DNA from: Trueperaceae bacterium
Lineage (GTDB): Bacteria; Deinococcota; Deinococci; Deinococcales; Trueperaceae
Reading direction: 5' to 3'
Assembly: GCA_034520945.1 (NCBI GenBank)
Contig: JAXHNB010000006.1
Coordinates: 288,001-352,000, forward strand
Length of the DNA stretch: 64,000 nucleotides
Within the stretch, counting starts at the first letter, position 1, and each line of letters opens with the position of its first letter. Of the stretch, positions 51,510-62,462 are shown piece after piece. The position numbers and the translations under genes were made by a program. The notes beneath the pieces are model-generated. The model saw nothing but the letters and a program-made list of their open reading frames with translations, was not told the origin of the DNA and ran no database searches.

Positions 51510-52016
51510 GTGGAAGTAAATCCCAACGAACCCCGCATTCCCTGCATTCACGACCCCGACGACCACCCCCTCCACCGTCTGCTGCAGCACGTGGTGCGCC
51601 GCTCGATCCATGAGCTGCACGCGTTGCTGCAGGAACTTCAGCTGTCGCTGCCGCAGTTGGGCACGCTGCACGTCCTCCGCGCCGAAGGGGCCCAGAGCGT
51701 CTCGGCGATCGCGCAGCACGTGCAGCTGTCGCTCGCAGCCACCAGCCACCTGGTCGATCGCCTGGTGCAGCGCGGCCTCCTCACCCGCAGCGAGGACCCC
51801 TCCGACCGGCGTCAGAAGCGCGTCGACCTGACGAGCGAAGGTCGCGCCGTCGTCGGCGGCGTCCAAGCGAAAGCGAGGGCGTCGCTCGAGGCGCTGCTCG
51901 CAGAGGTCCCACCGGACCTGCGCCGGCGCTTCGATCAGGACCTGCGTGAGGTGCTCGACACCCTCGAACCCCCCTCGGCCCCGGTGGGCCGTGCCCCCCT
52001 TCGGAGCGAACCATGA
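51510..52016 (+). CDS. MarR family transcriptional regulator
   Basis: LSLPQ, SLAATSHLVDRLVQRGL..R.EDP.DRRQKRV.LT..G. Confidence 0.92.
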   Translation: MEVNPNEPRIPCIHDPDDHPLHRLLQHVVRRSIHELHALLQELQLSLPQLGTLHVLRAEGAQSVSAIAQHVQLSLAATSHLVDRLVQRGLLTRSEDPSDRRQKRVDLTSEGRAVVGGVQAKARASLEALLAEVPPDLRRRFDQDLREVLDTLEPPSAPVGRAPLRSEP

Positions 52017-52219
52017 CCCTGACGATCCTCGGTGCGACCGGCAAGACCGTCGTGCGCGTACCGATGCTCACCGACGGTCCCGCCACCGGCACGCTGAGCG
52101 TCGGCATGGTCGGCCAGGGGACCGGGCCGCGCCTGGCGCGCGCCGACCTGGCGGCGTTCCTGCTCGAACAGGTCGATGACGCACGCCACGTCCGGGCCAG
52201 CCCGGCCGTGTCGAACTGA
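52013..52219 (+). pseudogene. NAD(P)-binding oxidoreductase (flavin reductase/BLVRB-like) with a large in-frame internal deletion
   Basis: N-terminal MTLTILGATGKT joined directly to C-terminal VVR.P.LTDGP..G.....RADLAAFLL; only 68 aa. Confidence 0.75.
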
Positions 52220-52238
52220 CGTGGTCGGCACCCCGGGC

Positions 52239-53087
52239 GTGATCGCCGTGACCGGGCCCACCGGCAACGTCGGTGCGGAGGTCGTGCGCTCGCTTCGCGC
52301 CGCCGGCGCGCCGGTGCGGGCCCTGAGCGTCGACCCCGAGCGCGCCCGCCGCGCTCTTGGCGACGACGTCGAACACGTTCGGCTCGCGTTCGGCGACGAC
52401 GCGAGCTACGCCGGCGCCTTCCAGGGGGTACGTGCGCTGTTCCTGATGCGCCCCCCGCAGATCACCGACGTCGCTCGGCGCATCCACCCGGCGATCGACG
52501 CGGCGCGCGCGGCCGGCGTACGACGCATCGCATTCCTGTCGCTGCAAGGGGTCGAACGCAATCCGGTCGTCCCGCACTACAAGATCGAGCGGCACCTGCG
52601 ACGCTCGGGCGTGCCCACGACCATGCTGCGCCCCTCGTTCTTCATGCAGAACCTCAGCACCACCCACCGCGACGAGATCCGCGACGAGGGACGCATCTTC
52701 GTGCCCGCCGGCCGTGGCCGCACCAGCTTCGTCGACGTGCGCGACGTCGCCGCCGTCGCCGCGAAGGCGCTGCTCGAAGACGGCCACGAAGGTCGCGCGT
52801 ACGAGCTCACCGGCCGTGACGCGCTCGGCTACGCCGAGATCGCCGAGATCCTCACCGAGGTGCTGGGGCGGCCGATCACCTACGCCGACCCGTCACCGCT
52901 CGCCTTCTGGCGTCGCAGCCGCGCGCAGGGGACGCCGACCTCGTTCGTCGTGGTGATGCTCGGCCTGTACACGGTGTCCCGGCTGGGCATGGCGGCGCGC
53001 GTGACGCCCGAACTGGAGGAGCTTCTCGGCCGGCCGCCGATCTCGGTGCGGCAGTTCGTGGAGGATTATACAGCGGTGTGGGCGTGA
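52239..53087 (+). CDS. NmrA-like SDR oxidoreductase
   Basis: IAVTGPTGNVG, FLMRPP, PH.KIE, LRPSFFMQN, VDVRDVA, YELTG. Confidence 0.9.
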   Translation: MIAVTGPTGNVGAEVVRSLRAAGAPVRALSVDPERARRALGDDVEHVRLAFGDDASYAGAFQGVRALFLMRPPQITDVARRIHPAIDAARAAGVRRIAFLSLQGVERNPVVPHYKIERHLRRSGVPTTMLRPSFFMQNLSTTHRDEIRDEGRIFVPAGRGRTSFVDVRDVAAVAAKALLEDGHEGRAYELTGRDALGYAEIAEILTEVLGRPITYADPSPLAFWRRSRAQGTPTSFVVVMLGLYTVSRLGMAARVTPELEELLGRPPISVRQFVEDYTAVWA

Positions 53088-53365
53088 GGTCCGCGCGCCA
53101 GCGTGATGTGGCCGTCGTGGGGCTGGCTCTCAGCGGTCCTCGCGCAACTGGGGAATACGGGCGAGAGGCCCGTTGCCTAACATGGCTCCATCATCCGTCA
53201 ACGACACATTTGAGACCGCTGGATCCCGTCGCACGAGGTCGATCAGACGCCCACGAAGTGCGGGTCGAGGTCGACGCGCAAGACGTTGCGTTTCGCGAAC
53301 CGTTCCTGAACGCGCTACGCGTGGGCGGACGCGTCCGCGGCACCGCTGGTATCGCGGCGGACGGC

Positions 53366-54475
53366 TCATTCCGCCGTGTCGGTCGTGGCGGCCTCGGAGA
53401 CCACCGTGCGACCACTGCCATCGGCCTTGGCGCGGTAGAGGGCGGCGTCGGACTGGCGGAGGAACGTCTGCGGGTCCGGCGGCGAGGTCGCGGTGCCGAC
53501 GAAGACCCCCGCGCTAAGGCCGATCCGGCACGACTCGCCGCCCTCCGCGGAGAGGTCGATCCGCTCGCTGCACACCGTGGTGCGGATGCGCTCCGCGGCC
53601 TCGTGGGCGTTCGCCGTGTCGCACGGGTACATGACGATCAGGAACTCGTCGCCACCAAAGCGTCCCACCGTGTCACTGGCACGACTCGCCCGCAACAGTC
53701 GCTCGGCGATCTCACGCAGCACCACGTCGCCGGCCAAGTGCCCCACCGAGTCGTTGATCTGCTTGAACTCGTCGATGTCGACGATCATCACCGCCAGCGG
53801 GCATCCCTCCCGCACGGAGCGGGCGCAGAGCGTGTCAAGGACGTCGAAGAGGGTGTCGTGGTTGGCCAGGCCGGTGAGGCCGTCGCGACTGGCGCGCGCT
53901 TCGAGCTCGCTATGGGCGCTGCGCAGCTCGTCGTGCGCTTGCTTCAGCGCCGCATTCAGGTCGTCCACCGCCCGCGCTGACAGCCGAAGCTCCATTTCGT
54001 CCATCACGACGGCGGCGAGGTCCTGCAGGATCCGGAGCTCCCGTGGCGACAGCGTACGCGGTTCCACGTCGATCGCCGCGAGCATGCCGAGGTTGTGCCC
54101 GTCACGCGTGCGCAGCGGCACTCCGGCGTAAAAGCGTAAGCCGAACTCGCCGGCGACCAGCGGATTCGTCAGCGCGCGTGGGTCGACGACCGCATCTTCC
54201 ACGACGTAGGGGACGTCCTGCAGCACCGCGGAGGCGCACAGGCCGGGATCGCGCCCGGTATCCTCGACGTCCAGCCCGTGGCTCGACTTGAACCAGATGC
54301 GATCCGTGTCCACAAGACTCACGATGCTGATCGGCACGTCGAGCAGATTCGCGACCAGCGCCGTCACGCGGTCGAACGCACCGTCGGGCGGCGTGTCGAG
54401 GATCCGGTACCGCTGCAGGGCATCGATCCGCGACCGTTCGCGCTCGCTCGACTCATGATGACCCAACGTGTCCAC
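53366..54475 (-). CDS. GAF + GGDEF diguanylate cyclase
   Basis: RY.ILDTP...FDR, RFYAGVPL, DGLTGL.N, DIDEFK.IND..GH..GD, RFGGDEF, AD-like SDAALYRAK. Confidence 0.93.
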   Translation of the reverse strand: MDTLGHHESSERERSRIDALQRYRILDTPPDGAFDRVTALVANLLDVPISIVSLVDTDRIWFKSSHGLDVEDTGRDPGLCASAVLQDVPYVVEDAVVDPRALTNPLVAGEFGLRFYAGVPLRTRDGHNLGMLAAIDVEPRTLSPRELRILQDLAAVVMDEMELRLSARAVDDLNAALKQAHDELRSAHSELEARASRDGLTGLANHDTLFDVLDTLCARSVREGCPLAVMIVDIDEFKQINDSVGHLAGDVVLREIAERLLRASRASDTVGRFGGDEFLIVMYPCDTANAHEAAERIRTTVCSERIDLSAEGGESCRIGLSAGVFVGTATSPPDPQTFLRQSDAALYRAKADGSGRTVVSEAATTDTAE

Positions 54476-54614
54476 GGGAGGATTGTACGCCTGGGGTCGA
54501 TCCGGTTCGGTTCGTGGTGTGGCGGGGACCCGACGTCCAAGAAGCCTCGCTTCTAGCTGTCGAGCATCACGATCCCGTTGACGAGAGCGTCGCCACGGGT
54601 GCGCCCGGCGTCGC

Positions 54615-55955
54615 TCATGTCGAACGCCTTCCCTCGGCACCGAACGGAGCGTCGATGCCCGCCGCGCTGGCGCCCGCGTCCGCTGCCACCGCCGACAGGC
54701 TCCTCAGGTCGGTCCCGCTCGGCTTCTGGTAGAGGCGCAAGCCGAACTCTGGCGCGATCGCGATGAGGTGGTCGAAGACGTCGGACTGGATCGCCTCGTA
54801 CGCGGTCCAGCGCGTGTCGGCCACGAACATGTACACCTGAAGCGGGAGCCCTTCGGGGGTCGGCTCGAGCTGCCGGACCATGAACGTGGCGTCGATCTGG
54901 ATCTCCGGGTGTGCGCGAAGCAGTCCTTCGATGTAGGCGCGGAAGGTGCCGAGGTTGGTGAGGCGCCGGGCGTTCACCTGGTGCTCCCGTGCCTCCGGGT
55001 GCTGCTCGGTCCATTCGGCGATCTCGGCGCGCTTGCGCGCGAAGTAGGGGCGAAGGACCGTGAAGCGGCGCAGGTCCTCGACTTCCGCCTCGGAGAGGAA
55101 CCGGACGGTCGCCAGGTCGATCGTCAGGCTCCGCATGATGCGGCGTCCGCCCGACGCCTGCATTCCACGCCAGTTCTTGAACGAGACGTCGAGGAAACGG
55201 TGGGCCGGGATGACGGTGAAGGTGCGGTCCCAGTTCTGGACCTTGACCGTGTTCAGCGCGATGTCGACCACCGGGCCGTCGGCGTGGAACTCCGGCATCT
55301 CGATCCAGTCGCCCACTCGGATCAGGTCGTAGCCGGTCAGCTGGATGCCGGCCACCAGGCTGAGGAGCGTGTCCCGGAACACGAGCAGCAGCACCGCCGA
55401 CACCGCGCCCAGGCCGCCGACGATCAGGAGCGGGTCGCGGCCGAGCAGGGTTGCGATCGCCACCATGATGATCAGCAGGTACGCCACCAAAACCATCGCC
55501 TGCAGGTAGCCCTTGATCGGCCGCTGGCGCGCGTCCATCCGCTGCTCGTAGACGTCGCCGATCGCCGCCAGGAACGCACCGATGGCGGAGGCGAGCACCG
55601 CCAGCATGCCGACCGCGACGCCCCGTTGCGCGGCGGTGGCGACCGCGCCGGGGAGGACCGGCAGCAGCGGCAGGCCCGCGCGCACGATCAGGAGCGGCAC
55701 CGCCCAGGCGAGGCGGCGGTAGAAGCTCCGCTCCTGCAGTGCCTCGTCCCAACGGAAGAGGGTGCGCTTGCCGAGGCGGCCCAGATACACCACCAGGTAG
55801 CGGCGCGTGAGGGCGAACGAGGCCCAGGCGGCCAAGGCCAGCGCCGCGCCGATCACGAGCGACGCCCAGCCGGGGTGGGCTTGGATCCAGGCGTCGACGG
55901 TGGTGAACCAGAGGGCGGCGTCGGGCACGATGCGGTAAGGGTATCGCGACGCCAC
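54615..55955 (-). CDS. MscS-family mechanosensitive channel (YbdG-like)
   Basis: RPIKGYLQ, LLLVFRDTLLSLVAG, GDWIEMP..ADG.V, NWRGM...GRRI.RS, TNLGTFRAY, MVRQL.PT..GLP. Confidence 0.93.
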   Translation of the reverse strand: MASRYPYRIVPDAALWFTTVDAWIQAHPGWASLVIGAALALAAWASFALTRRYLVVYLGRLGKRTLFRWDEALQERSFYRRLAWAVPLLIVRAGLPLLPVLPGAVATAAQRGVAVGMLAVLASAIGAFLAAIGDVYEQRMDARQRPIKGYLQAMVLVAYLLIIMVAIATLLGRDPLLIVGGLGAVSAVLLLVFRDTLLSLVAGIQLTGYDLIRVGDWIEMPEFHADGPVVDIALNTVKVQNWDRTFTVIPAHRFLDVSFKNWRGMQASGGRRIMRSLTIDLATVRFLSEAEVEDLRRFTVLRPYFARKRAEIAEWTEQHPEAREHQVNARRLTNLGTFRAYIEGLLRAHPEIQIDATFMVRQLEPTPEGLPLQVYMFVADTRWTAYEAIQSDVFDHLIAIAPEFGLRLYQKPSGTDLRSLSAVAADAGASAAGIDAPFGAEGRRST

Positions 55956-56086
55956 TCACGAGGGGCCGGTACGCTCGCGAGCGTCCGCACGTCGCACCCT
56001 CGTCAAGAGGGCGTCCGAAACGCAGGACGCACGCGAAGAACGAATCGGCCGAAGCGACGGTCGCCCACCCACGGAAGCGAGACGCC

Positions 56087-57265
56087 ATGAATTTCGACGA
56101 ACCGATCGATCGCAACGACGTCCCGACGATGAAGTGGAGTCGGGCGTTCCTCTCCGAATGGTTCGGAAACGAGCAAGCGATCCCGATGTCGGTCGCCGAT
56201 ATGGATTTGAAGGCACCCCCGGCGGTCATCGAGCGGCTGGAGAAGCGGGTTTCGCACGGGATCTACGGCTACGGAACGAAACCCGACAGCTTCTTCCTGG
56301 CGCTCGAGAACTGGTACCGCACCCGGCACGGCTGGGATCTGAGTCGGCGCGACCTCACAGCAAGCCCATCGATCCTGAGCGCCATTTCGATCTTGATCGA
56401 CCAGCATTCGAACGAAGGGGACGGCGTCATCGTTCAGCCCCCGGTGTTCTTCGAATTCAGATCGGCCATCCGAGGGACCAGGCGAGCGATCGTCAAGAAT
56501 CCGCTGAGGCTCGTGGACGGGCGCTACGAGATGGATTTCGACGACCTCGAAGCGAAGGCGTCGGATCCGAACACCAAGGTCATGATCCTCTGCAATCCGC
56601 ACAATCCGGTCGGTAGGGTGTGGTCGAACACGGAGCTCGCCGGCGTAGCGGAGACCTGTGCGCGCCACGACGTCTTCGTCATCGCCGATGAGATCCATGG
56701 CGACTTCGCGTTTTCGCCTCACCGGTACGTTCCCTACCTGACGGTCTCCGAAGAGGCCGCCCGCCATGGGGCCGCGTGCGTTTCAGCGGCGAAGACGTTC
56801 AACATCGCCGGCGTGGTCGACGCCATGGTGATGATCCCGAACGACCGGCACCGCGAGGCGTTCCAGGGGTTCGCTCGGCGGTTCCACATCAACAAGGGGA
56901 ACGTGTTCGCGACGGCGGCGATCGAAGCGGCGTACCGTGACGGCGCGGACTGGCTCGACGCGTTGCTGGACCATATACGAGGGAACGTCGATCTCGTCCG
57001 CGATCACGTGCAGAACCACGACATCGGCGTCGCGATGATCGAACCGGAAGGGACGTTCCTCCTCTGGTTGGATTTCAGGGGCCTCGGCTTGGACGCGAAG
57101 CAGCTCGAAACGTTCCTGGCTCGTCGAGCCGGCCTCGCGCTCGCCCCCGGGTACTGGTTCGGACGAGAAGGGGCGGGGTTCGCTCGGATGACGATCGGCT
57201 GTCCACGCCAGACCGTTCAGGACGCCCTCGACAATTTGACCGCGGCGGTCGCGGCTTCCTCCTGA
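56087..57265 (+). CDS. PLP-dependent C-S lyase (PatB/MalY family)
   Basis: PMSVADMD, HGIYGY, LCNPHNPVGRVW, DEIH, SAAKTFNIAG, EGTFLLWLD. Confidence 0.93.
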   Translation: MNFDEPIDRNDVPTMKWSRAFLSEWFGNEQAIPMSVADMDLKAPPAVIERLEKRVSHGIYGYGTKPDSFFLALENWYRTRHGWDLSRRDLTASPSILSAISILIDQHSNEGDGVIVQPPVFFEFRSAIRGTRRAIVKNPLRLVDGRYEMDFDDLEAKASDPNTKVMILCNPHNPVGRVWSNTELAGVAETCARHDVFVIADEIHGDFAFSPHRYVPYLTVSEEAARHGAACVSAAKTFNIAGVVDAMVMIPNDRHREAFQGFARRFHINKGNVFATAAIEAAYRDGADWLDALLDHIRGNVDLVRDHVQNHDIGVAMIEPEGTFLLWLDFRGLGLDAKQLETFLARRAGLALAPGYWFGREGAGFARMTIGCPRQTVQDALDNLTAAVAASS

Positions 57266-57302
57266 GGGTGGGGCCGGCGCCGCTTTCGCGCATCCACGCA
57301 GC

Positions 57303-57341
57303 TTGACGCGACCGCCGCAACGTCGTACGCTTTCTCGTACG
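57303..57341 (+). promoter_or_regulatory. yefM-yoeB promoter with paired operator palindromes
   Basis: TTGACG-17-TACGCT; CGTACG at 57324 and 57336 (12 bp centre to centre) overlapping the -10. Confidence 0.75.
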
Positions 57342-57371
57342 CCTGCCGACGCGGCGGCGAGGAGGAGAGCC

Positions 57372-57614
57372 ATGGCCACGATCACCGCGACCGAGGCGCG
57401 CCGGCGCCTCTATCAGTTGCTCGATGAGGTGGCGGCGTCGCACGAGCCCGTGCAGATCACGGGCCGCCGTGGGAACGCGGTCCTCGTGTCAGAGGACGAC
57501 TGGCGCGCTGTGCAGGAGACGCTGTATCTGCTGTCGGTCCCCGGGATGCGGGAGTCGATACGGGATGGCATGGCCACGCCCGCAGGCGACCTCGAAGACG
57601 AACCCGGCTGGTGA
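57372..57614 (+). CDS. yefM: Phd/YefM antitoxin
   Basis: ATEARRRLYQLLDEV..SHEPV.ITG.RGNAVLVSE.DW...QETLYL. Confidence 0.93.
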   Translation: MATITATEARRRLYQLLDEVAASHEPVQITGRRGNAVLVSEDDWRAVQETLYLLSVPGMRESIRDGMATPAGDLEDEPGW

Positions 57615-57874
57615 GTTGGCGCCTGCGGTTCACCAAGCAGGCGCAGAAGGACGCTGCCAAGCTCACGGAGGCCGGCTTGCGCCCCAAGGCGGAGGCGCTT
57701 CTCGACGTGCTGCGCGAGGATCCGTTCCGGCGGCCGCCTCCGTTCGAGAAGCTCGTGGGCGACCTTCGCGGCGCGTACTCGCGCCGTATCAACCTCCAGC
57801 ATCGGCTCGTGTACGAGGTCGTCGCCGAGGAGCGCGTGGTGAAGGTCCTGAGGATGTGGACGCACTACGGGTAG
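57611..57874 (+). CDS. yoeB: Txe/YoeB toxin
   Basis: FTKQAQKD, PPPFEKLVGDL.GAYSRRIN.QHRLVY, WTHY. Confidence 0.95.
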   Translation: MSWRLRFTKQAQKDAAKLTEAGLRPKAEALLDVLREDPFRRPPPFEKLVGDLRGAYSRRINLQHRLVYEVVAEERVVKVLRMWTHYG

Positions 57875-57992
57875 GCGCCATCGTGACCAAGCCCGACATG
57901 CGATCCCATGCACGATCAGCGTCCACCGGCCGACGAGAAGTCTGCCCCCGCCGCCAGATACGCGACCGCCTGGTCGAGGGTGGTTGCCCTGA

Positions 57993-59010
57993 TCAGGACA
58001 TGTGCATGGCATCGGGCACGGCATCCACGGGCCGACGCCCTCGGACCCGCGTCTGCATGAGCCGCATCATGAAGCGCACCGCCTTGCGTTCGTAGTTCGC
58101 CTCGTTGAAGGTGCCGATCAGGTACGCACCCGTGTGCGGGTGGAAGAACGCGCCGGTCACCCCCGGGTGTCCCCAGCAGTTTAGCGATTTCGGCATCAGC
58201 ATGGGCACGGTCTTGAACTGCATGAAGCCGCAGCCGTAGTCCATGCCGAAGCCGTACATCGCGCGGTCGCGCAGCATGCGGCCGAGCGTCTTCTCGCCCA
58301 CCAGCCGGTACGACGTCAGCGCCTGCATGAACGTGAGGAGGTCGCGGGCCGTCGCCACGATGCCGCCCCCGGCATGATCCAAGGCGCCATAGTTGGCATG
58401 CTCGTTCATGCGGCGGCCGCGAATCGTGAACTCCGCGATCGGGTGGCGGTAGGGCTCGAGGGGTTCGGACAGGTGCAGCATCGAGCTCTGCTTCAGGTCC
58501 GGGGGCTCGAACACGAGCGTGCGTAGGGCGTCGGGGAAGGCGGCACCCGTCACCTGCTCCACGATCATCGCCAGCAGGTGGTAGTTCGTGTCCGCGTACT
58601 GAAAGCCGTGCCCGGGTGGAAACGCGGGTCGGGTCTACTTCTTGACCCAGCGCACGACGTCTTCTGGGGCGAGGTGGCGGCCTGGATCTTCGAGCAGCAG
58701 GTCGAACAGCGGCCAGAAGCTGTCGGCGAGCCCCGAGGTGTGGCCGGGGAGGTGCGAGATCCGGAGCTCCTCGGTGTGGTCCGTACTGTCCAGCACGTGA
58801 AGGCCGCGAAGGACCGATCCGTCCAGGTGTCGCGCGATCGCTGCCGCCCTCGACCATGTGAAGGTCCATGTCGAGGTGGGCCGCATGCACCCTCAGGAAC
58901 GCGTTGCGGACCTTGGGGTCGCATCCGACCCCAAGGCGGAACTGTGAGGTGATCGCAGCCTCGGCCTTCTCGCGCTACGCTTCGGGGGATCGGTGACCGG
59001 TTCGAGGCAT
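57993..59010 (-). pseudogene. Degraded serine hydrolase (beta-lactamase class C-like)
   Basis: HL.GHTSGL, in-frame TAG at 58635-58637 before PGHGFQYADTNY, GGGIVATARDL, WGHPG; SxxK region absent at a frameshift near 58850; further stop near the 5' end. Confidence 0.8.
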
Positions 59011-59350
59011 GCTCGTTCGACGTGTTCCTTCCGGTTCGCTCGCTACGGCCCGGAGGGCCACGCGTTCGTAATGGCGCTTGCACCTGGACCAAGCTGGGCC
59101 CTCTGCCAGAGGTGTTGTGACGTTCGTCACTGAAACCTAAGGTTCACGCTTCTCACGCTCATGTGAAGGATAGTCCATGAAGGGCACACACGTGCCTCGA
59201 ACGCGTTGACGTTCGTCCCGTATTTGGGCGCCTGGGGCGAACCGAGCGAGTGGCGCAACCGGTTCGAGGCCGCTCGAGCTACCGGCCCCTTCTATGCCTC
59301 GAATCGGTACAGGCTGCACGCAGCGCGTGCGTCTGGGTCCGGTGAGAGGT

Positions 59351-60727
<1,377 letters not shown>

Positions 60728-60770
60728 GCGCGGACGCCGCCTTCTCCGTCCAGCAGGCGCGTAGGTCGAA

Positions 60771-61682
60771 CTAGCGCGAGCTCGTGCTGGCGCTTCGCGT
60801 TGGTCGCTTCAAGACGGCGTAGGTGGTCAGCGCGATGTCGCCTTCGACGATCCGTGCCGCGACGCGCGAATCCGTGAGCACGCCGAGCTCCGCCTCGCGG
60901 TAGGCGTAGGCGTCGCGTTCGTCGCCCCGGTAGCCCGGGTGGCACACGAGCTCGGTGACGCCCTCGGGCAACGCCCCAAGAATGCGGAGCAGGCGGCGGG
61001 TCGTGGCCCGCCGCCCGTAGAAGCTGAGTTCCAGCACGTCCGGCGAGCGAGGACGGCCGTCGGCCTCTCGCACGTGCCTGCTGGCGCGGAGACGCCGCGA
61101 CAGTACCGGCGACAGCATCATCTGCCACGCGCCGCGGTGGGCCAGCGACCGCTCCAGCCCGCCGAGGGTCGAGCGGCCGCCCGCCCGGACGGGAAGGTCG
61201 TGCGTGAGGGCCAGGTCCATCATCGCGTCGCGGCAGGCGGTGCTGAACGTGCCGACCAGCTGGTGCGAGTCGAGGTGGTCGGGCAGGCGGCCGGCGAGCG
61301 CGACGAAGCGGTCGAACTGGGCGTGGACTTCGGCACGGACCTCGTGCCGGTCCCAGTGCTGCGGCACCGCCAAACCGCGGGTGACGTCGACGAACGTGCC
61401 GTCCTCCCGCACCAGGCTCGGCACCTGACGGGGCGGCAGGACGGGGCGGCCGTAGCTCAGGTCGACGTGGAGGCCGAGCCCCAGGCGGGGCGCGACCCGG
61501 AGGGCGCGCGCGATGCCGCGCTCCGACGTCGGCGCCGTCGTGATCGCCGTGGCCGAGGTGACGATGCCTCGCGCGTGCGCCTCCAGGATCCCGCGGTCGA
61601 CCGCCTCGGACATGCCGAGATCGTCGGCGTTGACGATCAGGTGGCGGGACACGTCGCGTCGTTCGCGGTCGTCATGTGGCAC
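60771..61682 (-). CDS. ChbG/YdjC family carbohydrate deacetylase
   Basis: LIVNADDLG, GIVTSAT, GLHVDL, PDHLDSHQ, ELVCHPG. Confidence 0.92.
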   Translation of the reverse strand: MPHDDRERRDVSRHLIVNADDLGMSEAVDRGILEAHARGIVTSATAITTAPTSERGIARALRVAPRLGLGLHVDLSYGRPVLPPRQVPSLVREDGTFVDVTRGLAVPQHWDRHEVRAEVHAQFDRFVALAGRLPDHLDSHQLVGTFSTACRDAMMDLALTHDLPVRAGGRSTLGGLERSLAHRGAWQMMLSPVLSRRLRASRHVREADGRPRSPDVLELSFYGRRATTRRLLRILGALPEGVTELVCHPGYRGDERDAYAYREAELGVLTDSRVAARIVEGDIALTTYAVLKRPTRSASTSSR

Positions 61683-62418
61683 GCATGCGCCGGGAGAAGT
61701 CGGGATCGTCGGCGGCGGCGTTGGCGGCGTCGCGAACGGCGTGCCGTTCTCGGAGCTGATCCTCGGGAACGTCCGTGTCGATCCAGCCCTTGCGGTAGAG
61801 GACCCGGTCGGAGCGGCCGGGCATCACGTCCGCCAGGATGAACGGCGGAAAGCTGCCAGGCCGGACCTGGTTCGCGTGCTGCCGCAAGATGCTGGTGCAG
61901 TTGTGCCGCACGCTGTGGTAGCGCCGCGGTCGCTCCAAGAGGGCGTTGGCGCTGGCCAACATGTTCAGGAACAGCGCGCGGACCTCCAGCGGCGGTGTGA
62001 CCATGGGGTAGAGGTACAGTTCGTGCCCCTGGTAGCGGGTTCGGCGCAGGAAGAAGTCCCGCTCGTCCCCGAAACTGTAGGTGAGCCCGTACCGCCCCAG
62101 CAGCCCCTGGAGGATCGAGTACCGCTGGTCCTGCCGCAGGCGCGCCTCGACCGACAGGGCCAAGAAGTCGTCACTGAACTCGAAGCTGAGGAAGGTGTGC
62201 GCGATCACCGGGATCCGTGGATGGAACGGCTCGACCAGGAACCACAAGCGCTGGAGGCGCGTCAGGTCGAACCGTCGCGTCTCCCACCGCACCTGGTACG
62301 GCTGGCCGGGGGCCGGGTAGCGCGTGGCGCGTACGTTGTCGATCGTGACGCGACTGCCGTCCAGGGTGGCGCTGGGCAGCCGCGCCACGTCCGGCTTCCA
62401 GGGGGCAGCGGGGGTCAC
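61672..62418 (-). CDS. DUF4105 (Lnb N-terminal-like) domain protein
   Basis: IAHTFLSFEF, LALSVEAR, Y..GDERD...RT, YH....NCT; start uncertain. Confidence 0.8.
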   Translation of the reverse strand: MTPAAPWKPDVARLPSATLDGSRVTIDNVRATRYPAPGQPYQVRWETRRFDLTRLQRLWFLVEPFHPRIPVIAHTFLSFEFSDDFLALSVEARLRQDQRYSILQGLLGRYGLTYSFGDERDFFLRRTRYQGHELYLYPMVTPPLEVRALFLNMLASANALLERPRRYHSVRHNCTSILRQHANQVRPGSFPPFILADVMPGRSDRVLYRKGWIDTDVPEDQLRERHAVRDAANAAADDPDFSRRMRAT

Positions 62419-62462
62419 GGTACGGGGCGGGTCCGACGGACGGGGCGCAGGGACGACGTCGG

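Noticed and set aside
53170..53300. Integron attC site (GCCTAAC in a lower-GC patch)
   Set aside because: No matching GTTRRRY end or paired L boxes, and no integrase or other cassettes in the window.
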